DNA of 51,167 nt from Ministeria vibrans ATCC 50519 (lineage: Eukaryota; Protista; Filasterea): positions 21,504-72,670 of the forward strand of contig CALSCP010001696.1 in the NCBI GenBank assembly GCA_943704425.1. Reading direction: 5' to 3'. Positions 20,542-34,394 of the stretch are shown piece after piece. Each line of letters begins with the position of its first letter. Position 1 is the stretch's first letter. The notes under the pieces are model-generated. The model saw nothing but the letters and a program-made list of their open reading frames with translations. It did no database searches and was not told the origin of the DNA. The translations under genes and the position numbers were made by a program.

Positions 20542-21196
20542 TCAAGTCGAGTTGAACACCGCGCGCACCCGGCAGTAGAAGCCTACGAATGAGTCAGACG
20601 GCGGAGGGGATGTACATGATGGGGGCGGCTGAACACACCTGCGACCAAGCAGGACGGCCGGCTCGACCATGAGTGGCGGGGGAGTGAGCAGTGCAGCGCC
20701 GTCGCGATTGTTCGTGGTCGTTGCGGGTTTGGGAAACGACAGCGGCAGAGAGAAGTCCTTAACCAAGACGGAGCGGTCCTCGGAGCCACCAACCAATGAC
20801 GATCCCGAGGTAGCGCTGCGGTGAGAAGGGCGTTGAGGGGACAATCACACTCAAAGTGCGTCGAGTGCACCTTTCGGGCATTGGCTCGGAATGGGCCACT
20901 CCTAGCGCTGTTTCCAGTCGCACCCCCTGTCTCAGTTGCGTTTCAAGTTCCGCCCAGGTTGTTGAAGTGTTTGTCATCAACTTGAAATTAGAAAAAAAAT
21001 GAAAATTGTAAACGATTTCATTATTGATCTCATATACTGTTCCATTGAGCACAATTCACAACCGACATGCACACATGCTCCTCGCGGCCTCTTTCCATCA
21101 GTTGTTACATTGAGCATTGACTATTACGTACAGTTCTAAACGCTCGATCACTATCGGCGCAAAAGTGACAGGTCGTTCAACTCCCCTGCGAGTCAT
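20542..21196 (-). CDS. Possible small multi-exon hypothetical gene
   Basis: ATG near 21196, GC-rich exon-like blocks bounded by GT/AG, and a final open frame ending ...FVGFYCRVRAVFNST*. No recognisable domain. Confidence 0.35.
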
Positions 21197-21232
21197 AGCT
21201 GCTCCTTCCTCCAACTCGGCCATGAGTGTCGT

Positions 21233-21909
21233 TCAACTCCGCCCGATTCCTTCTGGCGACGACGCCTGGCTCAGTAACCGCCGGGCCTGCGCCAAGACCT
21301 GGTCGGGCGTGCAGCCGTCGGTGGCAATCCAATGAGAGTGCGCCACCACCATGCGATCCGTTTCATCCGCCTGAGGCAACACCACGGATGAGTAGTAGCC
21401 GGGCGGGTCGGGCTCACCGCCGTCGTTGTCCTTGGCACGCCGTCGAGCGAGGAGAGTCTCTAGACGGTGTGGGCGTCGAAGGCGGATGAGCAGCTCCATC
21501 TTGTCCAGCAGCTGTGGAAAGTGCGGCAAGAGGTGTCCTAATGGGTGAAGGAGCGTCAACAGCACGGCAACACACTGCGCGAGGGCTACCTTCGACGATG
21601 ACGAGCGCGGCGCCATCCTCAGACGCGCGTGCCAGGGCCACGAGCACCGCGTCGACGGCGATGGCGTCGGGATGGTCCCAGCGCACATCGCCCGTCGCCG
21701 CCACCGGCACCGCTGCAAGGTCCGTCTGCAGACGAGAGACAAGTCACACTGCCGTCGCACGCCTGCGCCGGCTTCCGCACCTTGTAGTAGTCATCTTGGT
21801 GCACAATGTGGACTTGTCCGTCAAAGCATTGGCTCAAATTTCGAGCCAATGTTGATTTTCCCGTGCACGACGCTCCTGCTATGCCTACGACGCGAACACG
21901 AGCTGACAT
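21233..21909 (-). CDS. Nicotinamide riboside kinase/uridine kinase-like P-loop kinase (about 3 exons)
   Basis: VVGIAGASCTGKSTLA (Walker A), IVHQDDYYK, WDHPDAI, VIVEG, ARRRA and DPPGYYSSVV. These match NRK-family motifs. Confidence 0.8.
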
Positions 21910-22068
21910 TGTTGCTGCATAGACTGGCCCTCAAATTTCAAAAGTTGATTAATAGATTAGAAGATTAAGTATAAAGACTAAAGTGTGAAAGTGCCCATGT
22001 TAAAATAATAACTATTATAAGAATAATAATAATAATGATAATAATAATAATAATAAATTGATTGTTAG

Positions 22069-22325
22069 TTAATCACCCTCTTTTAGTACAAGAGCGACAT
22101 AGGCACAGAGGCGGAAAAAGGCAACAAACCAGGCGGTCATGAGCCAGCAGTTGGAGAGGTCGGTGGGCGCATACGAGTAGAGGGTCTCCATGGTGGCCGA
22201 GCTGGCGTCGTACGGCCCAATGGAGATCAGATAGTACAGTTCTTGAGTCCAGCGAAACAGCGATACGTACGGCGGATACTGTGCAAAAAGTAGAAAAAGA
22301 GAGGACAAAAAATCAGGTGAGGGTG

Positions 22326-22394
<69 letters not shown>

Positions 22395-24834
22395 AGAAAG
22401 AAACAATAGAGTGTGAGAGAGGAGAAAGAAACAATAGGGTGTGAGAGAGGAGAAAGAAACAATACAGTGAGAGAGAGGAGGGAGAAAGAGACAAAGTGAT
22501 GGAGAGAGAAAAAAAAAGATCTGACCTGGAGAACGGGAAGCAATTGGTTGTGCTTGAGCTGCTGAAGAGTGGGTTGTGCGCCCGAGAACATCATAAAGAC
22601 AAGGATGGAAAGAACGCCGACGAGCTGCGCAAGGTCCTTGGGAACGACGATAGAGACGAGGTAGGCAAGACCGGCACAAGCGGCGTAGACGAGCACGTAG
22701 AGGGCGTAGAGCAGCCAGAAAGAGCACGACGGGAGCACAAACGCATAAAAGCACAGCAGAAAGCACAGTGGCGCAAAAAGCACGGTCGGCAGGTGAGCCA
22801 GAGACTTGCCCAGGTACACGGCTTCCGTGCTGACTCCCGAACTGGCGTCGCGACGGAAGACAGTTTTCTCATTGCCAAAGAGACGCATTGAAGAGGCGAC
22901 GGCGGACAGGGCCAACGCTAGCACAGAGAGGGACGCCTCAGCCGGAAAGGGGTCGTTCTTGGGCAGGTCTAGGAAGATGCAAATCTCCGGAGGGAAGTAG
23001 GATGGGCACTGCTGGCCGGGCATGAATCGGATCAGCGCAGGCTCGTAATAATTCTACAGTCGCGAGAGTCAGAAAGAAAGAAGATAGAACGAAACAAAGT
23101 GAGAGGAACAAAGTGATAGAGAAAAATGATAGAGCAAGAGAGAGGAGTGACAAATAAATAGAAATATGAAAAAGGAAGATACGTCGAAGAAGATGATGCC
23201 CAGAAAAACACCGGCAAGAATGGGAAGGGTGAGGTCAAAAAGAACGCCAAACCAGCTGCGTGTCTGCTGCACAAGCGACCGCTTGAATACCACCCACGTC
23301 TGCACCAGCAGAGGTGCAGTCTCTCGGTCAAACGTCGGTAAGTTTTGGTATCGATGCTACACCAAGAAAAAAAAAAGAGTCAGAGGGAGGGATAGGGTGA
23401 TTGGAAAGGGTGTGATGTAGAACAATACACATGGAGTAATTGAAAATAAAATGTCTGTGACATGTGACATAGAGTGAGTGAGAGGAAAGACGTGTGCTGT
23501 GACGTACAAGACAGACAATCATCATGGCAATGCCAGAGAGGGGCAGAAGTGCCTCGTAGAAGTAGACACCGACGTCGTGCACAGACGCGTCGGTAAGGAA
23601 GAGGAAGCAGCCAAGAAGAAGGGTCATAAGACCCAGGCCCAGCACCGAGGCGTACCGGTCGCGCGCAATGACGCCCCGCCGGCGCCAGATGACGGCAATG
23701 AAGAGCGGCCCAAACGCAGACGAGCCAATGAGGTGCCCGATAAACATAAAGTCGCGCTGGGCACGGTAGTAGACGATGGTGCAGCAGAGCATGGCAAAGT
23801 AGAAGGCGGAGAAGAGCCAGTTGATGACGGAGAGGAGAATAAGGCTGCCGTGCGGCGCGTCGAGTGCCGACGACGGGTCGTTGATCGAGTGTGTGATGAG
23901 TCCGGCGGCGACGGTAAACAGAATGGTCAGCGAGAGGGTTGTGCCTATGACTCCCCCGGCAACATAGCGGTACGAATGCTGGCGACGGTCAAGCACGACA
24001 GGAATGAGCAAGGGAAGCAGCAGACAGGACGCAAAGGTGACAAAAAAGTCGCGCCAGGGGCCCTTGCGGTCTGTATTGAAGGCATGATGCGCACCCTCGG
24101 GCACAATGATCTCCTCGTACGCCGTGTTGATCCCTACAGCGGGCGGTGCCGTGTCCGTCTGTTGGATCCGCCCTCCGCTGCCCGCCTTTGACTCCGCCTC
24201 GGCCTCCGCCTCGCTGGCCTTGCGACGCTCCTCGTGCAGCAAAGCTGCTTGACCGTCGCTCGCCCACAGGTCAAACAGCTCGCTGGGCGTAAAGTCGGGT
24301 CGCGATGGACAGGCCACATCGCCTCCAATCACATCCATAAGAAAGTCAGGCGGGTTGGTGTGTGCGGGACACTCAAAGCCAATGCCCTCAAAGTACGGAA
24401 GGGCACTGGTGGAAGGACCCAGGAAGACGGTCTGTCCGCCCTTGCCGAGCAAAAGCACGTCCGACAACAGCTGGAAAATCTCAAAGCGCGGCTGATGGAT
24501 TACCGCCACAATAGTGAGACCACACGAGGCAAGTCGCTGAAGACACTGGCACAGCTCCATGCTCGATGTCGAGTCCAGTCCCGACGTGGGCTACACACAA
24601 TACAATTACCATTGTAAATAAAAGAGAATTATAAACACACTACACAATTAATATAGACACACAAACACCCGTCGCTTTCTCTCTCTCTCGCCTTGTTTCT
24701 CTCCCTTTGTTTCTCTCTCTTTCTCTCTCTCTCTATCACTTTGTCTCTTTCTTCCGCTATCACTTTGTCTCTTTGTCCCGCTATCACTTTGTCTCTTTGT
24801 CACTGTGTTTCTTTGTCACTTTGTTTCTTTCTCC

Positions 24835-24933
<99 letters not shown>

Positions 24934-25349
24934 TTCTAAAACTCTCTCACACACATACACAACACTTTCTTTCTTTCTCCCTCCTCTTTCTCTCTCTCGT
25001 ACTTCGTCAAGAAAGAGCACAGATGGATCGGCAACAATCTCCATGCCAAGATTGACACGCTTGCGCTGACCGCCACTAATGCCGCGCACATCCTCGTCGC
25101 CAATGATGCTGTGCTGCAGCTCAATCAGACCGAGCACGTCGAGCGCCTCGTCGACAATGTTGATCTTGTCGTCGTAGCTCATGCGTGCGGGAAGTCGCGT
25201 GAGCGCACTAAATGTCAGTACCTCACGCACGGTCATCATCCGCAACATGATATCTTCTTGTGGTACAAACCCAACGAGCTTGCGATAGCTCTGCAGAGAG
25301 TCCACTTTGCTATAAAATAATGCAAAAGTTGCATATTATTCACTTTCAC

Positions 25350-25394
<45 letters not shown>

Positions 25395-26116
25395 TACATA
25401 CACGTCATATTCTCTGTCTTTCTATCTCTCGGTCTTTCCGTCTTTCTGCCTCTCTCACAGGCTCACTCTCGTTGTGTTACTCTCCCTCCTCTCTCTCCCT
25501 CTCTCGCTCACCGATTGATTCGAATAACCCCAGTAGGATTGCCATAGGTGGCACGGCCTGCCAGAGTCGTCAGAAAGGTCGTCTTCCCGCTCCCGCTGGG
25601 CCCCAGAATGCCCGTGAGCCGTCCGGAGCGCACGACGCCCGTCACGCCTTGCAGCACCTTGCGCCCGTTCGTCTTGAGCTCAAGCCCCAATTCCTCAAAG
25701 GCAATGTCGAAGGTCATGGCACGCGGCCCGGTGAGCGACGACGCTGGCCGTGCGGCGTTCTTCTGGTCGAGCGGCGTCGACGGGACGAGCGGCATCAGCA
25801 GTGGGGAACTTTCCACGGCGGACACGCTGTTGGGAGTCAACAGGCGCATGGAGACGTCTGCCGTCGGCATCGCCGGGACATCCCCAGGCCCAACTGGCCC
25901 CTGGCACGAGGTGAGTGTGTCCGAGCGGGCTGTCTTGGACATGGACTGCGAGCGACTCTGAGCAGCGCGCCAGTGCGCCAATGCGTCGGCTCGTGTGCGA
26001 TCACGCCGACGCACATAGGCGCGCCATGCAAAGGAAAACGCAATGAAGAAGACGAACAGCCCAATGGGGCCCGCGAGCCACGGCGTCACCAGGTGACTGG
26101 GGCCGTCGTCGTTCAT
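22069..26116 (-). CDS. ABCG (White-type) half-transporter with N-terminal TM helix and an extra internal multi-TM insert
   Basis: Walker A GPSGSGKTT, Q-loop GFVPQED, signature ISGGQRKRV, Walker B LFLDE|PTSGLD, H-loop VIHQPR, and C-terminal TMD (FGNEKTVFRRD, MMFSG). Confidence 0.92.
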
Positions 26117-26260
26117 GAAAAATTTGAAAAATGTCAGAAATGTCACTATTCATCATAATCAAACAACAAAAAAAATTCTTCAATTTTCAGTTCTTTCACC
26201 ACAGTCATTTTTATATCGTGTTCGCTGTGCACTAGGAATCAAGCGGTTAAAGAATAACCA

Positions 26261-29200
26261 ATGGAAGCAGAGCGAGGGAGCGAGCGTGCACATACAATTG
26301 ACGTGCGCGGTCGAAAAGAGGGACACTTTCGTTTGGGTGCCTCAATCAGTGTCATAGTCAACTCTCGCTTCAAGTCGTCGGCGCAGGGGCGGTCACGGGT
26401 GCCCTTTGAGTCCGTCAGTTTCGACCGGTTGGTAAAGACGCTGCTATGAGAGAGAATAAGCAAGTGTTATTTTTTCCTTGACAACGTACGTTCCGTCGTA
26501 CACGTCCTGCCCGTTGCTTGCAGGGGCGTCGCTTTGTCGCTGTGGACCAACAAGGAAATGCCTTCTGCTTTGACTTGCGCGCACAACGGTACTTATATAT
26601 ATCACGATACAAACGTCGTCAACGTGAACGTTGTTACGTATTTTCATATGATAGGTTCTGCTTGAGCTTGCGCACTGGGCGTGCCAGCACGGCCGTCTGC
26701 TTCACGCATCGCCGTCGCTCTGAGGTGTGCATTGCACACAACGATAGCACAGTGCGCCTTTACGACCTTGACGGCGGCTACGAGACGGGGGTGCTGCGAG
26801 GTCACCATCGAGGTGTCGTGACACACTTGCGTGTCGACAGGTCCACTCACTACCTTCTCACGACCTCCGCCGACACGTCGGTGTTGTGGGACATTGATCG
26901 ACTTGAGCGAGTGCGCGTGCTTAGCGGTGCCTCGCAGGTCGGGGTGGTAGATGCCTTGTTTGTGCCGACAACTCAGGAGAGCACGTCGGTGATTGTGACG
27001 GCGTTCGGTGACGACTCAGTGATGGCGTGGGAGCCAGGCTCTCTGCAATTCCGCTACCACATGCCCCTTCCCGATGAAGCATCCCCGGCTCACTTGTGTG
27101 CGTACGCCGTCAACGAAACAGGCACGTGCGTTGTGGGCGGTACGGAGCAGGCGACGCTTTTTGTCTGGAACACGCATAGTCGGACGCTCGAGCGTATCAT
27201 CGATTTACCGGACGCCGTTGAGTCGGGACCCATTGTACAACTGGAATGTGTGGGACGTAGAGGAGACGGCGTAGATGTGCACGTGGCCGTGCTCACACGC
27301 GACGGACGACTGCGAATTGTCTCATTGGACACTTCGCTCATTCATGCGACTATTCTGCCTGCGGATCCGCACGACGCTCCCTCCCACTTTGCATTTGACT
27401 CGCATGGCGCACGGTGCATCATCACTTTGTCGCGCCTTGGTGCACTCACTCTCCAACGTTGCGACTGGCAACGCGTGAACGCTGTACCTGTACCCGTACA
27501 ACTGCCGCATCACGTGCAAGAGCTCGGCAGAACTATAGCCAGCGATGGTTGCGGTCCACTGCGGGTCCAGAATGCGCGCGAGCTTGATGTCGAAAGCGAC
27601 ATCGATATCGACAGTAATGATTCGGTTACGTCCTCAACAAATGCGAGCTCGAGTCATCATGATCATACTCATGAGACGCAAGCCTTGCAACACACGGCCA
27701 TTGCACTTGAAGCTCAAGCGCAATCTCCTCCCTGTGTTGTGCATACTATATCACGTGAGAAAGCTCCAGCAGACCAAAGCGCGAGTCGAGCAACGATGTT
27801 AACAAAATCTTGCAGTCGCAAACGATTGCAACGAGAGCTGCGCGTTCAGCAGCACTCGAGCTTGCAATCGCGATCGAACGAGAAGGTTATTGGACGACAT
27901 GCAGTAGTACAGTTGCGCAGTGAGCCGTCGGCCACTCCCGGTGCGACCTTGTCGCTTCCTCGCTTGCGCCACCTCTTGTCCACATACGGGCAGTACCCCG
28001 CGGCGCACCGTCGGTCCATATGGCGCTTCCTGCTGCGCCTCCCCGCCAATCACGATGCCTACCACGCACTGACGTCCAAGGGTGCACACCCTTCCACGGC
28101 GGCTCTCCTGCGCCCCTACCCGCTGCGTTCGCTCCACCGCCAGCGTCTCATGGAACGCATTTTGGGCGCTCTCGCATACTGGACACCTCTCTTTGCCGAA
28201 CTCTCTTACCTGCCGCAGTTCATTTTTCCGTTTATCGAGGTCTTCGCGCACGACGCTCTTGCGGCCTTTGAGGCGGTCGCCACGGTGCTCTCGGCGTACA
28301 CGCGCCACTGGCACACGCTTTTCCCTCACCCACCTGCGCCTGTCCTCGCTCTCATTGAGGCCCTTGTGTCTCACCACGACGCCCCACTGGTTCGGCACTT
28401 CACACAACGCGGCTGGACCGCCGCCGATTACGCCTGGCCCCTGCTCACGTCCGCCTTTACCGACGTTTTCACGCGCGACGAATGGCTGCGACTGTGGGAT
28501 CATGTGCTCACGCGCATCGACGACCGTCCTTCGTGGCTCTACTGCGTCACGGCCGCCTTCCTCCTCCACTCGCGCACTGTTCTTCTGCGCTGCCGCACGC
28601 ACGCCCATCTTGTGGCTGTGCTCCACCACACGGGCGTTGCCAATGTCGACCGAGTTCTTCAGCGTGCCTACCGTCTCGACGCGTCTACTCCGGCCGACAT
28701 CCATCCGCACGCACGCTTAAGCTTTGCGCATCATGAACATGCAGATTTGATGGATGACCGCGACATTAATGATGACAATATTGCGCGTTTACACGAGCCC
28801 CTACCATCGTCGGGTCCTCTACCAGTACCCTTCCACTACCCCGAGTTTGTCGTCAACTTTCGTCAGCGCGAACGCATGCGCATTGCACGCGAGCACCGTG
28901 AAGAGGAACGCGAACGGGAGACACTACGCGAGCTCAAACAGCAATTGCAACGACGCGTCGACCATGATGCGGCTCTTTTGCGCCACGATCGACTTACGGA
29001 CAACCTCAAACGTGACCACATGCGTCTTGCCGACGAGGAGCACCACCGTCTCGAGCGACAGCGACTGCGCAACATGCTTGAGCGCCACCTGTATACCATG
29101 CGCGAGCAACAGCATGCCGAGGCAAACACGGCTGCGCGCGAGCATCAGCAGCGCGAAGCGCGTGCACAGGACATAGACAACGCCGAGCATGCCCTCGAGC

Positions 29201-29382
29201 GCTCCCTCCAAACGGTCGATGTGCAAGACGTCATTCAGTCGCTAGGCAACGCCGACGACAACGATGATCCCACACACAGCGTGGAGATGGTAGAAGCCTC
29301 AGTGGATGCTCTCGAAGGACTCTTGCGTCGCGAGGCACGTGAGTTGGCCATCTTTGAACGAGAGATAAAGGCCAAGACATAA
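26261..29382 (+). CDS. TBC1D31: TBC1 domain family member 31 (WD40 + Rab-GAP TBC + coiled coil)
   Basis: N-terminal DQQGNAFCFDL, WD40 repeats (LRGH..VTHL..LLTTSADTSVLWD), TBC-like YGQYPAAHRRSIWRFLLRLPAN...LSYLPQFIFPF...WLRLWDHV, then a charged coiled coil. Confidence 0.9.
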
Positions 29383-29882
29383 AATTACAGAATATATAAA
29401 TCGAATTATTTTTCTTCTTATAATAAATCAATTAGGGAATGATGTGTTCCTCTTACTTTCGATAATAGTAATAAAAGTTTATAATAATATTATTATCTTT
29501 ATTAATAATAATAATAATTATTATTATAATAATAGTAATTAATACTGTTATTATATTTTTGTAATGTTTTATTATTATCATTATGATTATAATTATTTTA
29601 ATAATTTATTTTTCATGCTCGCTTTTGTGTCATATTTTGCGACAAAGTAAAAAAGCAAGAAAGGGCAAACATATCTTTTTTGAAATAAGACGAGAAACTG
29701 AATTATATTTTGTTTTTTTTATTATTTTTATCAAAGGCGTATTGTTAGAATAATAAGAATACTAATAAACGAATGATTATACTACTAAAATAACTTGTTG
29801 GTTCAAAAAATATTACACATCATCTCTCTCCCTCCTCTACTCCGATTCTTCTTCTTCTTCTTCTTCCCCTTCTCTCTTTCTT

Positions 29883-30192
29883 TCAGGCACTCCCCACACC
29901 CGCCGGCATGTTGAGCATATGACGCGACAGGAACCGACACGCCGCAATCCATTCGTACATCTCATGCTCCGTCTCGGCACACAGATAGCGCGTCTCCACC
30001 GTGTTCGTCGCAGCCGTGAAGTGCCTCACCGCAAAGCAATACGGCGTCGGCTGTGTCTTCTTGTAGCCCGCTCCAACCGTGTACATCGTCATGCCCCGCA
30101 TGGAAAAATTTCCACATTCCTTCTTGTCCTATGTGCGTAGCGATGGAAACACCACGTCAGCCATAATCCCCCCGACACAACGTCCTCACTCA

Positions 30193-30244
<52 letters not shown>

Positions 30245-31422
30245 NNNNNNNNNTATATATATATATATATATATATACTGTCTGTCCCTCTCTATCACTT
30301 TGTTTCTTTCTCTCCTCTCAGTCCCTTACGTCTTGCTTCGTAAAGTATGTCAGCCGACTGTTGCCTGTCACAAAGAACCGCGACCGCCACGCCTTCACCT
30401 TGCCTCCCTCCTTGTACAACACTCCCCGTTTGCTGAACCCAATGTCGTTCCGATCCTCCTAAAGAAATACACAGTCAAACGTCTCTAACTCTCCGATTGG
30501 GCCATACCAAATGTCGGTAGGACTTCCAGGACTTGTCCTTCTGAATCAGAAATGAGTTGAGTCCGCCGCCAACACTCCACGCACTCGTCACCCTCAAAAT
30601 ATTCTCATCGTCATTCATTACTCGTTCTACATAAAAAACCATAATTTAATCGTTAATCTCATTTTTTTTGTGTTGTTCTTTTTTTTCTCTTCATCATTAC
30701 CAAATTCTCCTCCATTCAAACTCTCAAATAGCCCCCAATCTTCGACGGTATCGCGATTTCCACACACCATGGGGTGCTCGACGAGCGCAGCATCAATGGC
30801 CGCCTCAGCCAGTTGCTTGGCGGTCGTCGAAGACGTAATCGAAACGCTCACAGTCGCGACGCCCGCAACCCCCACCTCCATCTGCAGTGTCGCCACTCGT
30901 CCCGCACCGCCTCCCGCCATACCACCTCCAGGTCCTCCGGCTCCTCCTCCAGTCAGTGCCCCAATTGCATCCGACATGGACTTGCCACTGCCCATTCCAT
31001 GCATCATAGCAGCACCACCCGCACTGGGGGTCGCTCCAGGGCCACTGGGGGTCGCCTGAGACTGTCGGTGCTCGCGTGCCGCCTGCTCCATCTTGCGCAT
31101 AGCCTCAGCAACACGCGCCGCAGTGTCTGCGTCCATTCCTTCCGTAATCGCAGCCACCTCCTTCAAATCGGGCTCGTCCTCGTCCACTTGGAACATCCAG
31201 TTGTAGTACGTCAGCAGGTGCTCAACCACACGATACTGCTCGCTCATGTCCCCTAGCGACGTCTGCTCCCCTTGCTCCACCGTCATCAGCGTCGGCCCAA
31301 ATACAATTGCAAGGTTCTGCTCCGTCATCTTATTCACACTGCCCATTTGCGCGACCTACATAGAAAAGAGGACAAAAAACAAAAAAAATTAAAAACAATG
31401 AAAATTTAAAAACAATGAAATT

Positions 31423-31479
<57 letters not shown>

Positions 31480-34363
31480 GTAATAATAATAATAATAGTA
31501 ATAATAGGTAATGATATAAAAATAATTATTATTATATTATTGAACTTATTCTTCTTACCAGAGTTAAATGATAAATAAGCCGCTTCAACGTTTCGTAGTT
31601 GACAGGCGGTAACGACGAAATAGTGTGTTGCAAGGCAGTCAATCGACTGTCATGATCTGGCAGTCGACTTGCCTACAGAAAGAGAGAGAAATCCATATTT
31701 TTATGAATAAAATTAATTTATTCCTATTATTATTATTCTTGAATTGTACACGAAGAAATAAAACAATTTTGGTCTTGCTTTTTTTTTTTGGTCTGTTTTT
31801 CTCACCTGAATAAAATGTGGATACAACTTCCTTGTGAGCAACGGGTCGGGAAGCGACCGGAAGAACAGCTTCAGCAGTCCTGCCACATCGTGCACCCGAT
31901 CAGCATATTCTGCCTCAAACGACACCTGATAGGGAGGGGAAGAAGAAAAAAAAAAACATTCGTGAGGTGGATTTCGGTCTCCGCTTTTTCCGTACCTGCG
32001 TCTCGTCCTGGTTGATCTTGATACGCAGTCCATTGATCTTGGCTGTGTTTCCTGGCACCCGGTAAATGCCCTCCTTATCCAGGCCCACCTTCTCCAGAAA
32101 ATCCACACAGCTCGTCACCACCGCGGGCACAGGTAGTCCTCGTGCAGCTGTCTCCAATGCAATCCCAAACACCTTTAAGAAAGAAAAAAAAAAAGATAAA
32201 GAATATAATTAGTAATAATTATTACGTCTTATTTTTTAATTTAATGAGTTTTCGTTCTTCCTACCTGAGTGTTCTTCAAGGCATCGATCCACTCATGACT
32301 GTCCTCCTCTGACTCGGCGTGCAAGTAGTAGGTGCGCGTTGGAGTCACAATGTGAAAGGCAAACTGGGTTTCCACGGCGGTGGTGGACGTCATACCGGTG
32401 CCCGTCGACAGCCCTCCTCGACCCGACGATGCATTCTTGCCGCGTCCCCCTTCACCAATGGCAATTACGGTTACCTTCTTTAGCGAAATCACTCCCAACA
32501 CCTCCATGTCATCCTTGCTCCGAAAGTAGTACAGGTCTTTGCCGCGCAACACGAAGTAGCGACGTTTCCACGCCGTAAACGATCCGCCACGCTTGTACAA
32601 CACGCCGCGCTTGTCCGCCGTCTCCAGCATGTCCAGCAGATTGCTGCCTTTCTTGGGCTGCAACGTACTGTCCGGCACCACGGAACGCAATGCATCCATC
32701 CAGCCGGTCGCATCCTCCTCGCTCTCGGCACACAGCAGGTAGTCGCGCGGCGAACAAGTGTACAGCTCGAAGCAGTTGCGAAAGCGCGGGTCCTTGCCAT
32801 TCTCCTCGTCGGCCGTTGCCACACCAGTAATGTCGCGTGTATACAGACTGCCTGCAGGCTCGCGGTCCGACTCGGATCGATAATAGCGCAACGACGAACC
32901 TTCAAAGACAAACCAGCGTCGTCGCCAGCCTTTGTTGTTGTTGGCTCCGCCCTGCTTCCACAGGTAGCCGCGACGTGCCTGCGCCGTGACACGTGGTTGC
33001 TCCACCGTCGAATCCTGGGTGACCTGGCGCGTAATCGTCCGCTCCAGTACCTCGCATACCTCCAGGTGCTCGTTAATGTCCGCATAGTGCAAAGGGGGAC
33101 AGCCATTCTCGTCGGCGAGCGTAGGGAATGCGCCATTCAGCAGCAACACTTGCACCTGCAGTTCTTTGCCCTCGCTTGCGGCAACGTGCAGCGGTGTATG
33201 TGACCACGGATGGCGCTCCGTGCAACCACCCATGTAGTTGACGTCCGCTCCGAGCGCCAGCAACTCCACCGTGTGCATGAGGTCGTCGGTGGCGGCGGCC
33301 TCGAGCAGAGCTGCGCCCATGGTGTCCGGATCGGCAAGACGCGCTCGCGAGCAAAACTCCCCTCGTTCGTACTTGGCACGAATGTACTCTTCGCGAACCG
33401 TCCGACGCGAGTCCCCCATCGGCTTGGAGTAGCCCTCGCCGCAGTTGCCCTCCCAAAACTCGTTCGAGTTGGACGTCCCCATCGCCACCATGAGACGCAC
33501 CAACGACGGCGTCCACTTATCCAGCTTGATCGAGCGCACCTTGCTCCGGTGCACTCCGAGCGCCCGATGGATTCCACTGCACTCGATGCACAGCGGAATG
33601 CCCAGATTGATTGAGGCCCAGTCGGGGTCGAGTGCGTTACAGTCGGCACAGTAGTGATTGGCGCGGTTCTGTCGAATTGCCTCCCACGCCTCCGAGCCCA
33701 GCATCATCTTAGTCTCGGCGGCGTCGTTACCGTCAAACGACTCGCGCGTGCCAGTGGCCGCCGTGAGCGACGCATTGCGGGAGTGCTTCTTCAGAGGCAG
33801 CTGTATCGAGGCGGCGACACTGCCAGAGGCTGTCGTGGATGCGGCAGTGGCTGATGAGACAGCGTCGGCGGCCGCGTTGGCGGCTTCACTCGCGTCGCTC
33901 TCAAAGCTACTGCCGCCACCATCGCCGGTCTCTGACGTGACTGTATTGGTCAGCGACGACGATGGACTGGCCGAGAAGCTCAAAGCGAGGCCGGGTGTCG
34001 AGCCAATCACTGCCGAAGAGACGACACGCACAGCCCGTGTTGAAGCACCACCACCACCACCACTACCACCAGTACCACTGGCGCCACCACCAGCCGACGC
34101 CATGGTCACCTTGTTGGAGGTACCCTCTGGCTGGGAGCCTGTCTCGTTGTACTCGTTAAATGCCAGTTGAATGGACGCCTGAATAGCGCGCACCCATGCC
34201 TCTGCGTCTTGCACACTGTCCGTCTTGAACACGTAGCGCCACTTGTTTGTGTCGATCACCACGCGATTCTTATCCGACTTGGCCGATGCCATCATCGCGC
34301 TGATGGTAGCCAACGGCGACACCGCTTCATAGTCGTCTTTGGATCGATAGTAGCAGATCTTCA

Positions 34364-34394
<31 letters not shown>

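Noticed and set aside
29400-29820. Very AT-rich (AAT)n region (also at 31425-31505 and 49740-49990)
   Set aside because: Ordinary microsatellite-rich intergenic or intronic DNA. There is no repeat-spacer periodicity, so it is not a CRISPR-like array.
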